A DNA stretch of 56,938 bases, filler included, from Sphacelaria rigidula (Eukaryota), in the NCBI GenBank assembly GCA_964200075.2. It is 7 parts of 7 records of this genome, joined end to end, with 100 filler letters (N's around TTAATTAATTAA, not from the genome) between each part and the next. Parts side by side here need not be neighbours in the genome. Positions count along the whole stretch, not along the records: positions 48,891 to 56,938 come from CAXNAA020012505.1; 6 more parts are not named here. One strand, 5' to 3'. How positions within the stretch are numbered: the stretch's first letter is position 1; the number at the start of each line of letters is the position of its first letter. A program made the position numbers and the translations under genes. The notes below the pieces were generated by a model. The model ran no database searches. It was not told the origin of the DNA and saw only the letters and a program-made list of their open reading frames with translations. Shown piece by piece: positions 50,694-56,938 of the stretch.

Positions 50694-51029
50694 CACACGT
50701 CGGACGAGTCACTACTCGTCGAAACGAGTGCACGCGTGGATGTTTTTTTAAACACAACGAGCATGACTCGTGTGCTCGAGTCACCACTTTCTTTTACAAC
50801 GAGCAATGACTCGTGTGCTCGAGTCAATACTTTTTGTCACAACGAGCAATGACTCGTGCGCTCGAATCATTACTGTTTTTTACAGCGAACGATGACTCGA
50901 GTGCTCACCCTATTCATTTTTTCCACAACGAGCAATGACTCGAGTACTCGCCCTAGCAATATTTACGGCCAACGAGCAGCCCAACGAGTGCGAGTGCCAC
51001 GAGTCATACTTGCGCTCGTCCGACGTGTG
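50694..51029. mobile_element. hAT-type MITE with 8-bp TSD
   Basis: Perfect 15-bp TIRs CACACGTCGGACGAG / CTCGTCCGACGTGTG; flanks AAAGTTTT / GAAGTTTT; internal ACAACGAGCAATGACTCG repeats. Confidence 0.85.
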
Positions 51030-53551
51030 GAAGTTTTTCGGGATGTTCGGGTTGACGTGTCCAGGGTTATTGGTACGCGGGTCGGATCAGAGGTGACAAT
51101 CACAGTACCCCCGCAGCTACAGCGGTGTTAGCCGGCTACTGTGCTGGAGAATGATCACAACAGGCATATTTTGAACCCCTGCTTGTACCGACATATTCAG
51201 TCTTACGCCGAAGGAAAGTAAACGTGACTTTGTGGACCGCATAGAAAAAACAGTGCACTTTTCCTCAGCAACTTTGCGTGTCAAATTCTCCATCGTCGGT
51301 GGATCATAAGCCGTGAAAAATGGCACACTATTAATAGTTAGACACTGCACATATAGCATGTGCATCTTCGATGATCAAAGAAAATCGGTCCGAGAGGCTG
51401 AAAATAACACTATTCGCCGTACAAGCTCGAAGATTCCCCCCCTACTTATGTTATCGACACCTCTGTGCGCCGTCTGTTGGACCTTTCATCCAAGAAGTTG
51501 CAATTACCTTGTCGATACAGGAAGGGACATGCAGGGTAAAAGAGAATGCGCGATGGGCATTTGGTTCCTTTCCCCCGTGCGCATCAGTAATTGAATGGCC
51601 GTCGCAAATGGGTCGAAAACAGCTTATAACCGCCAAGTGAGCAGTATCGGGTAACTCATAGCGGGACAGAGTGGTTACTTTGACCAATCAAACCTATCAA
51701 AATGATGACTACTCTCCCTTCAGCCCTGTTGCCTGACCTGAACTTTTCCTGAAGGAACGCATGGCTTTCTCCGACGATCTCGGACCCCGCACCACTCCTC
51801 ATCAGGAAGGAACCCTCCTTTCCATGGAAACCCCTGGATTATCAGCCGGCGATCCACTGTTCCGAGACCGTGCTGGCGGCCGAAGTTGTGAAAAAAAGCT
51901 ACAAATGAATTTAAGTCGATGTTCGGTTACTGGTTTTGGATTTTCGATGTAGACGTTGCAGTCGGATGCGGCACCGGCAGCGAAGATCCCTCTGGGGTTT
52001 TATGAAATTTGGGTCCACAACTACCAACAGCCGACAAACCAAGATCAATTCAAGCCGTTGAAATAGTGACCAAGAGATTTGCGATAACCCTCAGACGATG
52101 TTTCGTAGCCTCTCAGCGTAGCTCTTGCTCAACTGATTATGATGTTTCTGTCTTCGGCTTCAATCGTGAAGAGATGAGGTTGCAGTGGCTGTTTCCCGCA
52201 AAAGTGACGCCAAGACCATGTGTCCACTTTGGGACCGAGAGACTACGCGACTGTTTTGAACACCTAGTTGGTTCTCGCCCAGCATGGAACTCACTAGATC
52301 AAAGCAAGCGCTGGGTACTCTCGTCGGGTCAAGCTACCTGTGTAGTGTGCGCATTCTGTTGCGGTTTGTCTGTACGCGATGCTGCACGCCCTGAAATGTA
52401 CGGATACATTTGCATCTTCAACCGTCCCGATGCCTTCTGAAGACCGTGCAAACTTATTATGTGGCGGTTTCAACAAAAGTGCTTAATCTTGAATTCAGAC
52501 AAGGAATGGGATCTTCCTAGGGCTTGGGATATCGGCAGCACTTATGCTGTGGCTGAGGGCGGCGGGCCAGTCACAGCCCTGTGTTCATTTTGTTCAGGTT
52601 TCACGTGTATTTTTTCTTGTCAAGATAAGCTGCAAGATACGCGCTGTAACCCCAATCCTTGCCTGAAGTAAAGCACAGTTATCGAAAATGCGGCGTGAAA
52701 AGCTTGAAAACAGCCTCCAAAAAGGTCACAACGTTCAAAGAGGCACAGCACGTCCGTAATATGTCGGGGGCACGCAGCATCGTGCGCGGACACTTGCGAA
52801 AGAACGCGCACAAGTTCACGGATAGCCTAACCCTGCTAGAGTGTCAAGCGCTTCCTTTGAGTGAGTTTCGTTCCATACCAGGAGTATCATGAATGTGTGC
52901 AAAAAGCCGCATAGTCTCCCGGCCCTGAAGTATGCAATCTTGGAATCGTTTGTTTTATACTATACACTGTACAATCTAAAATATTCACGGCAACCTCATT
53001 TCTGCACGGGTCGAAGCCAAAACAAGCACATGCTTCCGCGAGGGTAATAAAACACTGACTGGGGGGCTGCACAGCTCTTGACCCTTTTTGGTATGGTTCA
53101 ATGAAAAAGTGTGGATCTCGAGGTCCTGTTTTTTGAACGACACAGGGTTGAGTATTTATACCTTTCTCGCAAAAGTATTAGCCCAAGTCGTGTTTTTCAG
53201 GCCCGTATTCAAATGTGCACCAGTGCCGCACGGAACTCTGTATACAGAAGATAGACAGGTGGTGCCGATTTTTGTTTGTATAGACTTCAGACACCCAAGT
53301 GCTGATTTTGGCTGTGTGCACAAACTTAACCGAGCTTGACCCGTTGGGGCCCTCACTGAACAAAACCAATCCGAACGCACCGGGGTGACATTTTTTGTGA
53401 GAGCATGATGTATGCTGCTGGATTCTTCTGCGGCCTTCCGCCGTGAAATCATTGCCGCCGGTCTTTTTTTGCTCCCATATTTTCTTCTTTGTCAGGGCTT
53501 TAATGAGGCGCCTGGCCCGGGGATGTAAGGGGTGGGTTCCCAACGGCTTAA

Positions 53552-53690
53552 CCCTTTGGGAACTAGACCCCCAGGGAGTGCTGATTTTTGTTTTGGTGAA
53601 TCGGCATCATTTTCAGTCAAATTCAAGCCAAAATGATGCCGATTCACAAAGATTCACAAAACAAGGATCAGCACTTAAGTTCCCAAAGGG
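53552..53690. mobile_element. piggyBac-type MITE (139 bp)
   Basis: TTAA|CCCTTTGGGAACT ... AGTTCCCAAAGGG|TTAA: 13-bp perfect TIR and TTAA duplication. Confidence 0.85.
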
Positions 53691-54202
53691 TTAAGCAGTG
53701 GTTCAACCGCGTGTATCCATTTGGGGTTTGCCAGCTGTTCGTCATTTCATAGACCGAGTGCAATATATCTCTGTAGTATTTTTGTTTGCTGGTGCTACAT
53801 CCTAGTGCCACATCACATTGGAAGGACTGAAATCGAAAGTCCATTTCGATTTCTAAAACAGGATTTAAGTCTTGCTAAGATGCGCCCTTATACCTCCACC
53901 CCTTGTATCCACTGCAGCGTGTGCTCAGTCGCTTGCTCGGCAGGCGACAAAAAGCCACCCCCTATATATGTTGAATATCACGCTGTAACCTTGAACTACA
54001 CAGTCCAGCACGTCCCGGAACGATATTCCTATGTGAGTATAATTTAACGCCATTTAGCTGGTGCGAGTCCTGACGAACACGCTTTATCAATCGGCAGGCG
54101 CTATCTAGTTGTAGGGGACGCCGCATTCGTCAGTAACACATGTCTAACAATCCCCCCCCTCCCCTCCCGTACACCTTGCTCGTTCCCGACCCCCCGCGGT
54201 AG

Positions 54203-54744
54203 CCCAAGAGATCGTGGACGGGACATCGCCTCGTGCACCGCCACACGAACTTGTGGAAACAGCGACGTCTGTCACTCTCTACGTAGACCTTCCTGGGTGC
54301 AAGAAGCAGGACGTGGATGCTCAGATTTTGGAAGACACCGGCGCGAAGACTCTGAAGATCACCGCCGTCAGGAAGAAGCCGTATCACGGTGGTTCGGACA
54401 AGTCAGGGACCGCGACACGATCTGAGGAACAGTCCGGGGCAGGGTCTGAGACTGAAGACCCAAGCCCTTCATCAAAAGAAGATGGTTCGGCTTCGCCAGG
54501 GCACGAGGAAACGTTCGAACTGACGTTTAGGATCGGGGAAGGGATTGATGCAGCGGGGGTCCGCGGTACCATGGAAGATGGCGTGCTGAAATTGGTGATC
54601 CCGAAAGTTGCGCCGGAACCCCCCGCGAAGCCCATTGAAGTCCCTATTGACCCGCCCTCCGCCACGGACTTCGATGGAGACAGGGAGACGGGAGCTCGGG
54701 CCTCGGCTGATGCCTCTGATAACACCCATATCAGTCTTACATGA
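54203..54744 (+). CDS. Small heat-shock protein (HSP20 / alpha-crystallin domain), terminal exon
   Basis: ELVETATSVTLYVDLPGCKKQDVDAQI...TLKITAVRK...FELTFRIGEGIDAAGVRGTMEDGVLKLVIPK and a C-terminal IEV (IxI/V) motif; pyrimidine-rich acceptor AG at 54201-54202; upstream exon not identified. Confidence 0.85.
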
Positions 54745-55567
54745 CTAGCTCGGGATTGGTGATGGATGTTGTGCGAGTTTGGTTGTATGTGCTGTAGTCG
54801 CGGAGGGATGGAGGATTGACATGATGCATATTTATGCGTGTGTTTGGCTACAGGGTAGTCGCAGAATGGCTGTAGAATTTGATAACTTGCACCCGGTATT
54901 CGCGCTAAATGCACTTTGTGTGCCTTTTGGTGAAATGAATTGTTGTTGTGGTAGGCAGATATACAGGGTAACCTCCAAGAGAGAATGATATTTTGTTGGA
55001 TATGGTTGGTGCATGATTGATACGAATAAAGTACTCGTATGACGTGGAGTTTATCGGAATGATCATGGGATGAGAGTTGGTTCTGTGTGTGCGTTTATGA
55101 TTATCAACGGGGATTGACGTACACGTTGTCTTGAAATAATGCACGTTCTGCTTCTGCGTCGAGCGAGCTTTGTATGCCCGCCGATTGATGTGAAAAATGC
55201 TGTAATAGAGACGATGTTCTCGAGTATGGTACTCTCTTCAGGTTTTGCTACTGTTGAAATCCCAACGCGCTTTTGTGATGAAAATTAAGTAGAGGGGAGC
55301 TGTGAGGCTCGTCCATTCGTGCGCAGAATGTGCGGAGGAGAAAGTGTGCAGATGCCTGTGTGGCGGCCACTTGGCGAAGTTCTCAACACTTGCCCTCCGT
55401 GAGGCGAAACACTTTTTGTATGTGTTCCATTCGTGCAACTAGTATGAGTATTCTAACGAAAAGAATTATGGAGAGGGTTTTCCGACCTCGTCCTTCACAG
55501 CTGCTTACACTTATAGGCGCAAGCAGGGCGATTCGGCGGAGTGTTGTTTCGCCGTTATAAATGAGTC

Positions 55568-55587
55568 ATATATATATATATATATAT
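55568..55587. repeat. (TA)n microsatellite
   Basis: About ten TA units. Confidence 0.85.
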
Positions 55588-56938
55588 TCCCTTTTCTATT
55601 CCTTAGCTGTCGTTCTAACCTTTCCGCACCCCATCAAGGACGTATATCGCTTCAACCCGCCAACGAATGATTCGCTAAACAGTAGTGGGCGATCTAACTA
55701 TTGAGGGACGTTATGGGATTTTCCTCGCGTACTACTCTTCGATAGAACTCGAAATTGCTAGCGTCGATAGATTTTGGTACAATAAACAGATCGTTTTCGA
55801 AACACAGTGCCCAAGTCAGCGTCGGTTGGTGTCATCGGGCGATACGAGTAAATACCCCGTTTATCAGGAAGGTGTTATTGACCGTGAAACACAGTTTTTC
55901 GGCTCTAGGGCAATGAGTAGGTAAAATTTCGAAAAAATAAAACTATACATTCTTTCAAAAATATGCTCGGGACATGCTCGATCGACCGAAAATATCGACG
56001 AGTGAGAATCTGGGCCGAAACGTGGCAGGACCCCCGATGATCGGTCAGCCCGTAAGTCACGCAATATGGAGTTTAAGTTATTTTTTTTCCTTGGAATGTG
56101 GAGGGGATACAAATATCTTCAGATCCCCGATGTGATTAACGGTCGCAAGCAAAAAGAGCCCAACAAAATTTCTAACCACGAAAAAATCACAAAATGCCAC
56201 GAAATGAATAGTTAAACCGCCCGCTACTGTACCGCAGGAGGAGCCAAGGGGCTGCCTGCTGAAGCTACATATATGCCGTACCACAACGGGAATGAATCAC
56301 TTTCGACCCAGGGAAACAACAAAAAATATAAAGAGAACTCACGAAAAGACTCGGCTATGCCTCAAGCCACGGGTGCCTGCAATTTGGGCGATGACACCAC
56401 AACTTCAAGGTCCCTCGAGAAAATAATATGGATCCACGAACCCTAAACACAACACACGCTAGAACGGAAGTAGAATTCGTCAAAAAAATTAACGCATGGG
56501 TAGAAAGAGCCGAAACGGGCACCAGCCAGCTCGTGGTAGGACATGGTATCCTGACCCGGGCCTTGGTGGGCATCGCTCGTGTGACGGTCGAAAACGGTGA
56601 CGGACAGTAGAGGGAAACGTCTGAAGAGGACTCAACAGTGGATTCTCGAAAATGAGGTTGAAACAAAAAATGAGGTTGAAGTCGCATTTCTCTATTGCAG
56701 GGAAGATACGAAACAGTAACACAAAGCGAAAATATCTTCCCCCCAAAAACTTCGCAGGAGGGGTTCAGCGTTAGACCGCGAAGGCAGGCCACCTGCTGAA
56801 TCGGCATCAATATTCAATATTCACTTGAAAAAAGTACACGTGGTCCAGATGGACTATCGGCACCGCGGTCCAAGGGTTAAGCAGTTCTAGCTAGGTGCAC
56901 CCAACGAATGCGGCGTACACGCGTGTCGATGACGATAC

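Noticed and set aside
52600..53070. Minus-strand ILDCT motif suggesting a Harbinger-type DDE relic
   Set aside because: A single short motif is too little support.
10214..54744. Functional cluster of a METTL21-like methyltransferase and a heat-shock gene
   Set aside because: The genes are on separate contigs, so co-occurrence in the window is arbitrary.

Overview
Eukaryotic, intron-rich and transposon-rich genomic DNA. Splice signals, a flagellar CFAP43 gene and the repeat style suggest a brown alga or related stramenopile (inference). The window is not one locus: it is seven contigs of almost identical length (8049, 8049, 8048, 8048, 8048, 8048, 8048 bp) joined by 100-bp N linkers carrying TTAATTAATTAA, so adjacency across the gaps carries no biological meaning. 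Host gene content I can support: five in-phase exons of the CFAP43 C-terminal region (minus strand, 4731-7960); a spliced gene with two tandem METTL21/Methyltransf_16-type methyltransferase domains (about 10214-13480); the last two exons of a PPR-like protein (17117-19686); three in-phase exons of an unrecognised protein (minus strand, 28339-31658); and the last exon of a small heat-shock (HSP20) protein (54203-54744). The rest is mostly mobile DNA: two decayed Ty3/Gypsy elements, the 3' end of a Ty1/Copia element with its LTR, a solo LTR, hAT-, piggyBac- and Tc1/mariner-type MITEs and foldbacks, transposase relics, satellites, and one unclassified short element found at 5 of the 14 contig ends. 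I found no convincing new multi-gene system. The best leads are the double-domain methyltransferase, the unclassified high-copy element and a hAT-type element built from palindromic 42-bp higher-order repeats.
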